Of a stretch of 64,000 bases of DNA, positions 38,061 to 46,242 are shown one piece after another. Each line of letters begins with the position of its first letter. The first letter of the stretch is position 1. The notes under the pieces were generated by a model. The model ran no database searches, had not been told where the DNA came from, and was given only the letters and a program-made list of their open reading frames with translations. A program made the position numbers and the translations under genes. This DNA is from Christensenella sp. UBA3217 (GTDB taxonomy: Bacteria; Bacillota; Clostridia; Christensenellales; CAG-1252), in contig DEWF01000001.1 of the NCBI GenBank assembly GCA_002363545.1, forward strand, positions 307,049 through 371,048, given 5' to 3'.

Positions 38061-38765
38061 TTATAAATCAATATTGTTTTCGGTAATATAATCTCGCAAT
38101 TTCAACAGCACTTTACTCTCTATTCTTGAAATATATGAACGCGAGATCCCGAGTTTTTTTGCTATTTCACGTTGCGGCAGGACATCGCATCCCTCCAACC
38201 CATAGCGATACTTTATGATGGTATATTCCCTTTTATCCAGCACCTTAGCAAGGATCTTGTGCAATTCTTCGGCACAAGCTGCCCTTTCCACCTTAACGGA
38301 CACGTCCCCTTCGGGTTCTTCCAAAGTATCCACGAGCATGATCTCGTTCCCCTCTTTATCCGCACCGATCACCGAAGTTAACGAAATGCATGCTTTGTGT
38401 TTTTTGTTTGCCCGTATTGCCATTAAGATCTCGTTTTCAATGCAACGCGCGGCATAAGTGGCAAACTGCGTGCCTTTATCAAATTGATAGGTCTTGATCG
38501 CTTTTAGTAGGCCGATCGAACCGATGCTGATCATATCGGACGGATCCAAGGCATCAACGTATTTTTTTGCAATATGTACCACAAGGCGCATGTTGTGTGA
38601 AACAAGTTTTTCTCGCGCCGACTCGTCATTTTCACGCATGGCAAGAAAACACGCTCGCTCTTCTTCGGGAGAAAGCGGCTTGGGGAAAACGTTGTTTTTT
38701 TCAATATACCCCGTTAAACAAAACGCATTGGATAAGAGCGACATGATCCCCTCAATCACCGACAA
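38061..38765 (-). CDS. sigK: sporulation sigma factor SigK (pro-sigma-K), uninterrupted
   Basis: GYIEKNNVFPKPLSPEEE matches the remembered B. subtilis SYVKNNAFPQPLSSSEEK around the pro-sequence cleavage region. Motifs ATYAARCIENEILM and GISRSYISRIE are present. The start is ambiguous among TTG 38765, GTG 38759 and ATG 38744. Confidence 0.9.
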   Translation of the reverse strand: MSVIEGIMSLLSNAFCLTGYIEKNNVFPKPLSPEEERACFLAMRENDESAREKLVSHNMRLVVHIAKKYVDALDPSDMISIGSIGLLKAIKTYQFDKGTQFATYAARCIENEILMAIRANKKHKACISLTSVIGADKEGNEIMLVDTLEEPEGDVSVKVERAACAEELHKILAKVLDKREYTIIKYRYGLEGCDVLPQREIAKKLGISRSYISRIESKVLLKLRDYITENNIDL

Positions 38766-38852
38766 GATCCCCCTTTTTTCGCAAGGTATTATTGTTATAT
38801 TCGGTTAAGAAAGGATTATTGCTTGTACGAATAAAAAAGGTACAAGCAGAAG

Positions 38853-38880
38853 AAAAAAAGATCGCTTTAAAGAGCGATCT
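38853..38880 (-). terminator. intrinsic terminator overlapping the stop codon of the RluA-family gene
   Basis: On the minus strand the hairpin AGATCGCT-ctttaa-AGCGATCT is followed by TTTTTTT. Confidence 0.7.
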
Positions 38881-39682
38881 TGATCGTATTCAAGTAAGCA
38901 AGGGGTGAATTCGGGGGCAACTCAAAAGATATCGCAGAGGCTGTTAAAGCCGTTTTGGTGACTCCCAAACGGCGGTTAACTTCGTCTGAACCGTATTTAC
39001 CGTCCCCTAGAATAAAACACCCGTAAAAAGCAAGCATGGCGCGTATTTGATGCATCTTGCCTTTGTGAAGAAGCACGGATACAACGCTGCTTTCTTCCTT
39101 TTGTTTGATAACGTGAAAAGAGATGTGCACGGGAACGAATCCGCTTTTTTCTCTGTCCGAGATCAAGGCTCGACCTTTTTCCGCGTCCTTTTTATAAAAG
39201 TAATCAAGCGCGACCTCTTTTCCTGCGGGAGGGTGCCCGTACACTTCCGCGGTGTAGGTTTTTACGATGCGCCCTTCTTTCATGGCAACAAAAACTTCCT
39301 GATACGCCATTTGGTTTTTGGTAAACAAGAGCACTCCGTCCGTATTGGTATCCAGCCTGTGCATCAAACGCACGTCTCCTTTTTCCTCCCGCACGATGCT
39401 TTCAAATGATATTTCCCCTTCGCTGGCTATCCCTTTCGGTTTGTAGCAAGCAAGAAGGTTTTCATCTTCAAAAATCACCTTGATCTCCCTTTTCTTTTTG
39501 GGATAAACGGTCACAACGGCGCCCTGTCGTAAAAAAGAATCTGACGACGCACGCACGCCGTCGATCTTTACGTCCTTTTTTCTAAGACAAGATTGCAATT
39601 CGGAATAAGAAAGTTCGGGAAACAGTTCGGAAAGCACCTTTTTAAGAGGCTTTTCTTCCCCCGAGTACTTGCGTTGGATCAT
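38867..39682 (-). CDS. RluA-family pseudouridine synthase with an N-terminal S4-like domain
   Basis: The catalytic motif is LMHRLDTNTDGVLLF. The S4-like N-terminus is LRKKDVKIDGVRA. The ATG overlaps the nrdR stop. Confidence 0.88.
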   Translation of the reverse strand: MIQRKYSGEEKPLKKVLSELFPELSYSELQSCLRKKDVKIDGVRASSDSFLRQGAVVTVYPKKKREIKVIFEDENLLACYKPKGIASEGEISFESIVREEKGDVRLMHRLDTNTDGVLLFTKNQMAYQEVFVAMKEGRIVKTYTAEVYGHPPAGKEVALDYFYKKDAEKGRALISDREKSGFVPVHISFHVIKQKEESSVVSVLLHKGKMHQIRAMLAFYGCFILGDGKYGSDEVNRRLGVTKTALTASAISFELPPNSPLAYLNTIKIAL

Positions 39683-40137
39683 GCTTTTTTACCGAGGATC
39701 CTCTCGATCTCGGATAAAAAGGTATCGATATCCTTAAATTCTTTATACACGCTGGCAAACCGCACGTAAGCTACTTGATCCAGCTCTTTGAGCCCTTTCA
39801 TAACTTCGTCACCGATCTTATCGCTGGAAACTTCGTTCGCACCGAGGTTATACACCGTTTTTTCGATCTCGGTCACAAGTTTATCGATGCTTTCATACGA
39901 TACGGGGCGCTTTTCGCAAGCTTTCATAATACCGCCGCGCAGTTTGTTCGTATCAAAGAGCTCACGGTTGCCGTCCTTTTTAATGACGAACACGGGAATA
40001 CGCTCCACCGTTTCATAGGTGGTAAAACGCCTGCCGCAAGCAAGGCATTCTCTTCTGCGTCTGATCGAAGAGCCGTCGTCGGAGATCCTCGAATCGATCA
40101 CTTTACTGTCCATAGATCCGCAATATACGCATTTCAT
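39679..40137 (-). CDS. nrdR: transcriptional repressor NrdR
   Basis: The zinc ribbon is MKCVYCGS...CLACGRRFTTYE, followed by an ATP-cone. The ATG at 40137 has an AAGGAG RBS 8 nt upstream. The ORF-track start at 40143 is TTG. Confidence 0.93.
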   Translation of the reverse strand: MKCVYCGSMDSKVIDSRISDDGSSIRRRRECLACGRRFTTYETVERIPVFVIKKDGNRELFDTNKLRGGIMKACEKRPVSYESIDKLVTEIEKTVYNLGANEVSSDKIGDEVMKGLKELDQVAYVRFASVYKEFKDIDTFLSEIERILGKKA

Positions 40138-40157
40138 AAGCAAAACTCCTTATGAAA

Positions 40158-40186
40158 ATTATACAATATATTGTGGTTAAACGCAA
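40158..40186 (-). promoter_or_regulatory. nrdR promoter with an overlapping NrdR-box-like palindrome (40161..40176)
   Basis: On the minus strand: TTGCGT (40186..40181), a 17-nt spacer, then TATAAT (40163..40158). The palindrome ATACAATATATTGTGG matches 14 of 16 positions of the remembered NrdR-box consensus acaCwAtATaTwGtgt. Confidence 0.5.
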
Positions 40187-40187
40187 G

Positions 40188-40229
40188 AAAAATCCTCCGC
40201 ATCCCCAATTAGAGAGCGAAGGATTTTTT
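40188..40229 (-). terminator. intrinsic terminator after ylmC
   Basis: On the minus strand the stem AAAAATCCTTCGC ... GCGGAGGATTTTT has one mismatch. It begins right at the stop codon and is followed by TTTTTCTT. Confidence 0.6.
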
Positions 40230-40488
40230 ACGTGCCCACGGGAAAATTCCCGAGCATTAAGTTTACCAAGATCACGTCATCCCCGATTTTGGTAATGTTT
40301 TGCCAAGGAATAAAGACGCTTTCCTTTCCGCCAAAGGCTTTGAGCGCCGATTTATCGCCCGGCGCCATAAGCCCCAGCACGCGTCCGTTGCAGGTCAAAG
40401 CAAGGTCGGTAAGCCTTCCGAGCCGCTTCCCATCCACAACGTTCACGATCTCTTTCCCTCTGAGTTCGCAAAAGGTAAGTTCATTCAT
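40228..40488 (-). CDS. ylmC: YlmC/YmxH family sporulation protein (PRC-barrel)
   Basis: It is 86 aa with ELRGKEIVNVVDGKRLG and IPWQNITKIGDDVILV. It lies downstream of sigG. Confidence 0.85.
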   Translation of the reverse strand: MNELTFCELRGKEIVNVVDGKRLGRLTDLALTCNGRVLGLMAPGDKSALKAFGGKESVFIPWQNITKIGDDVILVNLMLGNFPVGT

Positions 40489-40528
40489 ATAACATCCTAT
40501 TGCGAAATGGGCAAAATTATGCCAATTG

Positions 40529-41305
40529 TTAAGTTGCCAACATGCTCCTGAGGTGTTTGATGGCGTTGTTTTCCAAGCGTGATACCTGTGCTTGTGAGAT
40601 ACCCATTTGTCTGCTGACTTCCATTTGGGTACAACCTTGATAATAACGTCTGTTTACAACCTCTTTTTCTTGTTCCGGCAATGCGATCAAAGCATCGTGC
40701 AGATCAATGGAGTCCGTCCAGTTCTCCTCGGGGTTTTTCTCCCCTTCCACGCTATCCACAACCAAAAGGGTATCCGATCCTTCTCCCGAAATGGGATCGT
40801 AAAGCGACATGGGAGTGGAAATGGCATCCAACGCACAAACCACCTCTCTGACGGGCACGTCCATCTCTTCCGCTATTTCGTAAAGACTGGGATCTGCCAC
40901 GTTCTTATTTTCCAGCGATTCTTTAGCTTGCATTGCCCTGTACGCGGTATCACGAAGCGATCTGCTCACTTTTATCCCGTTGGATTCTCTAACGTATCGT
41001 CGGATCTCCCCCAAGATCATAGGTACCGCATAAGTACTGAACCGTACCCCGTAACGCAAATCAAAATGGTTAAGCGCCTTGACCAAGCCCAAACACCCTA
41101 CTTGAAACAGATCGTCCGGGTCGGCGCTTGCTCCTGAAAAACGATGCACCATGGAAAGCACGAGCCGCATATTCGCAAGCAAAAACGTTTCTCTTGCCTC
41201 TTGATCCCCTTGGGCTATTCTTCTTAAATAAGTTTCACTTTCTTGTCCCGTTAATTTAGGCAGTTTGCTCGTATCCAAACCGCATATCGTCACCTTGTGC
41301 GCCAT
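40529..41305 (-). CDS. sigG: sporulation sigma factor SigG
   Basis: It aligns end to end with remembered B. subtilis SigG. Matching stretches include KVTICGLDTSKLP, DDLFQVGCLGLVKA, FSTYAVPMILGEIRRY and GISQAQVSRLE. An AGGAGG RBS is present. Confidence 0.93.
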   Translation of the reverse strand: MAHKVTICGLDTSKLPKLTGQESETYLRRIAQGDQEARETFLLANMRLVLSMVHRFSGASADPDDLFQVGCLGLVKALNHFDLRYGVRFSTYAVPMILGEIRRYVRESNGIKVSRSLRDTAYRAMQAKESLENKNVADPSLYEIAEEMDVPVREVVCALDAISTPMSLYDPISGEGSDTLLVVDSVEGEKNPEENWTDSIDLHDALIALPEQEKEVVNRRYYQGCTQMEVSRQMGISQAQVSRLENNAIKHLRSMLAT

Positions 41306-41359
41306 TGTTTCCTCCTATGTAAGGACGCGCAAGGTTAGTATTGCTTTTATTCGGGACGT

Positions 41360-42073
41360 TTATACAAATTTTGCCAATTCTTTTCTCAGTTTTGCCAAAA
41401 CTTTTTTCTCGATCCTGGATATGTATGACTGCGAAATACCAAGCATATCCGCAATTTCTTTTTGTGTCTTTTCCTCGGTATCCATCAAGCCGTAACGCAT
41501 CTTAATGATCTCAAATTCCCGTTCGGAAAGTGTGGAAAAGGAGCGATACAATTCCTCTATCTCGGCTTTTCTTTCAAGATCCTTATAGATTTGATCAGGG
41601 TCAGTCCCCACTACGTCCGATAACAGGAGCTCATTCCCTTCGGAATCTACGTTGATTGGCTCGTCCAACGAAACTTCGCATTTGCGTTTAACGATCTTTC
41701 TTAAATACATTAGGATCTCGTTTTCGATACAACGAGATGCAAAAGTGGCAAGTTTGATGTTTTTGGTGGGATCAAAGGAATTTACCGCTTTCATCAACCC
41801 CATGGCGCCCACCGATACCAGATCACTGATATCGCTTACGCTCCCTTCAAACTTTTTGGCAATATACACCACCAGACGAAGGTTGTGTTCTATGATCTCG
41901 TTTTTCACCCCCTCGTCCCCTGCCGCAAGACGTTCCATAGCCTGCTTTTCCTCTTCCGGCGTATAAGGCGCGGGAAGGGACTCCCCGTAAAGGAAAAAAC
42001 AGGTTCTTTGCTTTTTGAAAAGATCAAACAAGGATAAAAACTTTCTAAACACTTCTTTTATTTTGCCAAACAT
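41360..42073 (-). CDS. sigE: sporulation sigma factor SigE (pro-sigma-E)
   Basis: NLRLVVYIAKKFE, ASRCIENEILMYLR, GNELLLSDV, EEKTQKEIADMLGISQSYISR and an N-terminal pro-sequence are present. It lies directly after spoIIGA. Confidence 0.93.
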   Translation of the reverse strand: MFGKIKEVFRKFLSLFDLFKKQRTCFFLYGESLPAPYTPEEEKQAMERLAAGDEGVKNEIIEHNLRLVVYIAKKFEGSVSDISDLVSVGAMGLMKAVNSFDPTKNIKLATFASRCIENEILMYLRKIVKRKCEVSLDEPINVDSEGNELLLSDVVGTDPDQIYKDLERKAEIEELYRSFSTLSEREFEIIKMRYGLMDTEEKTQKEIADMLGISQSYISRIEKKVLAKLRKELAKFV

Positions 42074-42085
42074 TGCACCACCCTC

Positions 42086-42844
42086 TTATTCACACGGTAA
42101 GATCAGTTGATATTCTTCCGGAAGATCGGACAAGGCCGCCGTTACATTGGTAAGTATATTCGTATCACCGCCGCAATATATCTTGATCTTGGGGATTTTT
42201 ACCAAAGGTAAAACCTTGCTGCCGCTTGCCGTATGAACTTGCATTTCTCCAAAAGAAGGCAACTCGCCCAACCTAAGCACCCCTTTTTTATCCGTAACCA
42301 CCACACCATCCCCATTTTGATCTTTTAAAAGATTCCCGCTATCATATAAAGCCCGCATGCGAACACTCTTTCCTTGATTGATCATTTCGGCAACGGCAAA
42401 CTTTTCACGTTCTCTTCTTTCATTTATCAAGCCTATGATCTGCCTTGTAAAATAGATAAGAAGCAAAACCGAAAGAGAAGTAAACGCAACCGCTCCCCCT
42501 GCGCTTATTGCAAGAAACCCCTGTTGCATTCGTGCTCCGAGCCAAAAGGATATGATCCCGCATAAAGTAAAAGAAAGCAAGAGATATACTATTGTTTCAA
42601 CAACATAGATGCGAAACGATTTCGGAAAAGAAAAAAGATAAGAACAAACGAGCAGAACGGCTATTTTCATGAGAAAGTTATCTCCGATGATCGGGACTGT
42701 AAGAGCAAACAAACTACCGACGAGTGCGGAAAGAATGATTGGAAAGCGATGCACCGCGCGTTTTGTTAACAAAAGAGTCAGATAGGCGAGCAAAGCGTCT
42801 AAACAAAAGTTATCCAAGATCACCGCTTCCACGTAAATAACCAT
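42086..42844 (-). CDS. spoIIGA: sigma-E processing aspartic peptidase SpoIIGA
   Basis: The N-terminus MVIYVEAVILDNFCLDALL resembles B. subtilis MKIYLDVIWLLNFCFDALL. It has five N-terminal TM segments. The catalytic motif is ALYDSGNLLKD. Confidence 0.88.
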   Translation of the reverse strand: MVIYVEAVILDNFCLDALLAYLTLLLTKRAVHRFPIILSALVGSLFALTVPIIGDNFLMKIAVLLVCSYLFSFPKSFRIYVVETIVYLLLSFTLCGIISFWLGARMQQGFLAISAGGAVAFTSLSVLLLIYFTRQIIGLINERREREKFAVAEMINQGKSVRMRALYDSGNLLKDQNGDGVVVTDKKGVLRLGELPSFGEMQVHTASGSKVLPLVKIPKIKIYCGGDTNILTNVTAALSDLPEEYQLILPCE

Positions 42845-42850
42845 ACTGCC

Positions 42851-42905
42851 ATCATAGCACTAAGCCGTTGGCGGTTATGAGAAAGTATTTTCCTGTTCTG
42901 TCGAA
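42851..42905 (-). promoter_or_regulatory. candidate spoIIG promoter region: extended -10 TGCTATGAT (42859..42851) plus a perfect Spo0A box TGTCGAA (42899..42905, + strand)
   Basis: The elements were read directly from the sequence. The A of the spoIIGA ATG (42844) is the 7th nt after the -10. No SD is present. Confidence 0.4.
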
Positions 42906-42920
42906 TAAAAAGGAATAGTA

Positions 42921-42946
42921 AAAAAAACGTGTCCCAAAGGGACACG
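42921..42946 (-). terminator. intrinsic terminator after ftsZ
   Basis: On the minus strand the hairpin CGTGTCCC-ttt-GGGACACG is followed by TTTTTTT. Confidence 0.8.
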
Positions 42947-42964
42947 CTAAATGATCTTAAAAGG

Positions 42965-44182
42965 TTACGGCCTTTTCAATTTGCGAATGAAAGGCGGGAG
43001 ATCGTTATCGGACAAACGGATACGTCCTTCGGGCTCTTCCACGGGCGGCGCGCTTTGCACGGGCGGCCTGCGATCAGGCATCGGGGGCAAATCGTTTGCA
43101 ACGGAAAGCGGATCCTTTTGAGAACCGAGCATAGAAGAAAGCGGCATTCTGTTTTGCACAAAACGAGGTTGCGGTTTTTGTGAACCGTGTTTAAAGCCCG
43201 TGGCGATAATGGTGACCGAAACCTTGTTACCGAGAGCGGGATTTACATCGGCGCCGAAAATAAGGGTGGCATCCGAATTCAACACGCTTCTGACCATAGA
43301 ACCGGCGTCATCCACTTCACTCAAACTCAAATCCTCACCGCCGGAAATAAACAAGATAGCGGCGGAAGCTTCACTGATGTTGGTTTCCAACAAACGGTTG
43401 TTGACTGCCTGTCTGACCGCTTCCACGGTACGGTTTTCCCCTTCTGCTTCACCAATGCCGATATGGGCAAAGCCTTTTTCCTTCAAAACCGTCTTTACGT
43501 CCGCAAAGTCACGGTTGATCATGGAAGGTTTCACGATAAGATCCGCAATACCTTGAATACCCTGACGTAGTACTTCGTCCGCAAAAGAGAATGCTGCCGT
43601 AAAGTTGGTGCCTTTGGGCATAACTTCCAGCAACTTTTCGTTGGGGACAACAAGCAAGGTATCCACATACTGACGAAGTTCGTTTATACCGGCCTCTGCC
43701 TGCGACATTCTGCGCTCACCCTCAAACTTAAAAGGAGTGGTCACAACGGCAATGGTCAATATGCCGAGGTCGTGCGCAATGCTGGCAATAACGGGAGCCG
43801 CCCCCGTACCGGTGCCACCGCCCATACCTGCCGTAATGAAAAGCAAGTCAACGCCGTGCAAAAGCTCTTTAATGATCTCACGGGTTTCTTCCGCGGCCTT
43901 TTTGCCGATATTGGGATTAGAACCCGCACCGAGCCCTTTGGTAAGGGACGCGCCGAGCACCACCCTTTTCTTTGCCGCGCAATAGATAAGATCCTGTTTA
44001 TCGGTATTTGCCGCAACGAATTCCGCGCTGTTGATACCGGCCTTGATCATTCTGTTAACGGCGTTGTTTCCTGCGCCGCCCACACCGATCACAAGGATCT
44101 TACAAACTCTCTCTGTAAGCTCTTCGGGGGCAGTGTCGATGCCTTCTTCAAACGACTCGTTTTGTCCCAAAAAATCTTCCAT
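42965..44182 (-). CDS. ftsZ: cell division protein FtsZ
   Basis: Motifs GVGGAGNNAVNRM and the tubulin signature GGGTGTGAAPVIA are present. The C-terminal peptide is DLPPFIRKLK. An AGGAGG RBS is present. Confidence 0.97.
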   Translation of the reverse strand: MEDFLGQNESFEEGIDTAPEELTERVCKILVIGVGGAGNNAVNRMIKAGINSAEFVAANTDKQDLIYCAAKKRVVLGASLTKGLGAGSNPNIGKKAAEETREIIKELLHGVDLLFITAGMGGGTGTGAAPVIASIAHDLGILTIAVVTTPFKFEGERRMSQAEAGINELRQYVDTLLVVPNEKLLEVMPKGTNFTAAFSFADEVLRQGIQGIADLIVKPSMINRDFADVKTVLKEKGFAHIGIGEAEGENRTVEAVRQAVNNRLLETNISEASAAILFISGGEDLSLSEVDDAGSMVRSVLNSDATLIFGADVNPALGNKVSVTIIATGFKHGSQKPQPRFVQNRMPLSSMLGSQKDPLSVANDLPPMPDRRPPVQSAPPVEEPEGRIRLSDNDLPPFIRKLKRP

Positions 44183-44191
44183 AAGAACCTC

Positions 44192-45340
44192 CTATACTCT
44201 GAAAAGCCTTTTGATAAAGCCAAATTTTTCTTGTTTTTCTATATGCAATCCGCCCTGTATCAAACCAACGGTTGTGGAATAATACGGTTTTTCAAAATTG
44301 GGAACCGATGGTTGCACAAAGTCCACACTTCTGCCTGCGCATCTTGCCACACATTCTCTCGCGCAGCGGATCTCGGAAAAGCCTCCGCCCGTCAAAAACA
44401 AGGTTGCATACGGTGCTGTTTCAAAACGGAAACTTTTGATTGCTTTTTGGATGTATCCCATGATGCATTGAATACATTCTTTGACTAAGTTGTTTACCGA
44501 TTCTACGGGGAAAACGTAATCCTCGGTTTCGTATTTTATGGTGTACTCGCCATCTTTATAGCCCAAGTTTACCTTGGAAGTAAGGGCCTGAGCCACCGGG
44601 AACGGGATATCAAACGCATCGGAAAGCCCCATAGGGATCATGGCACCACCCAGGGAAAAGGACTTAAGGTCCAACAGCGCATCACCGCCGATATAAAGCA
44701 CCGAAGTGCAAAGATAGCCAACGTCCGCAAGGATCACACCGGCGTCACGCTCTTCTTTACTGAAAAGGCTCATGGCGGAAGCGTACTCGGACTGGATAAA
44801 ACGAACATTTTTTATGCCGTGGCGCATGATGCCCTGACGTAAATAGGATAACACCTCACTCTCCGCACCGATATAAGAAAGCTGTGCCTTCAAATAGGAA
44901 GTGACCGTTCCGACGGGATCGTGCATGCGTTCGCCTTTGTCGTTATAGTAATAAACGGCGTCCGCACTGATCTTGGTATACTGCGAGGAATGGAACGGAT
45001 CATTCGCATTCAACAGCTCTTCAATATCCAAATGCGTTAAACGCTTGGGCTTGGGGAAAACGATTTTATCGTAAACCGTTCGGACCACGCAAAAATCCGC
45101 AGGAATGCCAACGTATAAAGTTTTGATCTTGCCAGAACCGCGTTCGATCCTGTCAAGCAACTTAAAAACAGATGGAATGACCTCTTCGGGTTTGAGCCAT
45201 TTCCCTTCCATATAGCCGCTGTATTCGATAACACAAGTGTTTTTTACTGCAAAAGTATCGTCGGAAAGACGCTCCGCATTGTAAGCGGATATGGATTGCG
45301 ATCCGATATCGATGATTGTCACGTCCGATACTTGCGGCAT
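44192..45340 (-). CDS. ftsA: cell division protein FtsA (actin-like ATPase), short form
   Basis: Motifs IIDIGSQSI, ILADVGYLCTSV and LFLTGGGFSEI are present. The C-terminus has an amphipathic FGFIKRLFRV. It lies directly upstream of ftsZ. Confidence 0.85.
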   Translation of the reverse strand: MPQVSDVTIIDIGSQSISAYNAERLSDDTFAVKNTCVIEYSGYMEGKWLKPEEVIPSVFKLLDRIERGSGKIKTLYVGIPADFCVVRTVYDKIVFPKPKRLTHLDIEELLNANDPFHSSQYTKISADAVYYYNDKGERMHDPVGTVTSYLKAQLSYIGAESEVLSYLRQGIMRHGIKNVRFIQSEYASAMSLFSKEERDAGVILADVGYLCTSVLYIGGDALLDLKSFSLGGAMIPMGLSDAFDIPFPVAQALTSKVNLGYKDGEYTIKYETEDYVFPVESVNNLVKECIQCIMGYIQKAIKSFRFETAPYATLFLTGGGFSEIRCARECVARCAGRSVDFVQPSVPNFEKPYYSTTVGLIQGGLHIEKQEKFGFIKRLFRV

Positions 45341-45400
45341 AACTCCCCCTATATTTATTTATTTTAATATAAATTTATAGAGAAGTCAATACGCAATAAT

Positions 45401-45427
45401 AAAAATTTTCCCGCATAAGCGGGAAAA
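45401..45427 (-). terminator. intrinsic terminator after ftsQ/divIB
   Basis: On the minus strand the hairpin TTTTCCCGC-ttat-GCGGGAAAA is followed by TTTTTATTATT. Confidence 0.8.
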
Positions 45428-45435
45428 AACAAAAA

Positions 45436-46242
45436 TCAATCCAATGATTCCACCCAATTGTATGCCGCGGTCATACCCTTTTTCTCATACAGGATATACC
45501 CTTTGGATCGGTCCACGTTGGTGGAAGGCAAAGAAAACACGTTCAAGCACATATAAAGTTGTGAAAAAAGATCACTTTCAAGGGAAGTATCCAAAACAAA
45601 ACTCACGCCCTTTTGCGTTTTCAAAAGGATCCTCGTACCGCTCGTGAAAGAGATCTCTTTAAAGAATGCTCTGAAACTGTTGCCGGAAAGTTTGATGGAA
45701 GGATCGCCTGCGGCGGAAAGGATATCGGAAAGCAAGGCGCCGCGCGTTGCATCGGCAAAGGTGATATGCGAACCCACAAGCGATTGAGCACCCTGCTCCG
45801 GAACGACAAAGGTCAAGTCGTTCACTATGGGCATATGATAATCTGTTTCAGACTGAGGGAACACGTCAAGCACCTTCATATCGTCATCCAAAAGCGCAAA
45901 AGTGGATGCATCTTCGGAAGGAACGAGCATAACCGCGGTACGCACCGTCACCTCAATAATAACTTCATTGGGGAACTCACGGGAAATGGCCACCACTTCC
46001 ACGTAAGGATTTGCCCTTTCGATCTCCTCTTTGATCTCTTGCTTGTCCAAAGAAATGATGCTTGTCCCTTTTTTCAATTTGGAAGAAGCCACGATCACGT
46101 CCTCGTCCAATAAACGAGAAGAGACCGCTTTGACCACGGTAATATCACGAACCACAAAAACCGTACACGCCAAAAGGACGATCGTTAGAACGACCAAGAT
46201 CAACGTTATGAAGATCCCTATGACGATTTTGGGTCTTTTCAT
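45436..46242 (-). CDS. ftsQ: cell division protein FtsQ/DivIB (POTRA-containing, single TM)
   Basis: The N-terminal TM segment is IVIGIFITLILVVLTIVLLACTVFVV, followed by a VRDITVV POTRA-like start. It lies between murA and ftsA. Confidence 0.8.
   Translation of the reverse strand: MKRPKIVIGIFITLILVVLTIVLLACTVFVVRDITVVKAVSSRLLDEDVIVASSKLKKGTSIISLDKQEIKEEIERANPYVEVVAISREFPNEVIIEVTVRTAVMLVPSEDASTFALLDDDMKVLDVFPQSETDYHMPIVNDLTFVVPEQGAQSLVGSHITFADATRGALLSDILSAAGDPSIKLSGNSFRAFFKEISFTSGTRILLKTQKGVSFVLDTSLESDLFSQLYMCLNVFSLPSTNVDRSKGYILYEKKGMTAAYNWVESLD

Noticed and set aside
38061-38765. A possible skin-type intervening element or split sigK.
   Set aside because: sigK is a single continuous 234-aa ORF that aligns across all sigma regions. 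No recombinase gene is nearby.
43772-44488. A 238-aa ORF on the + strand.
   Set aside because: It is antisense to ftsZ and ftsA.
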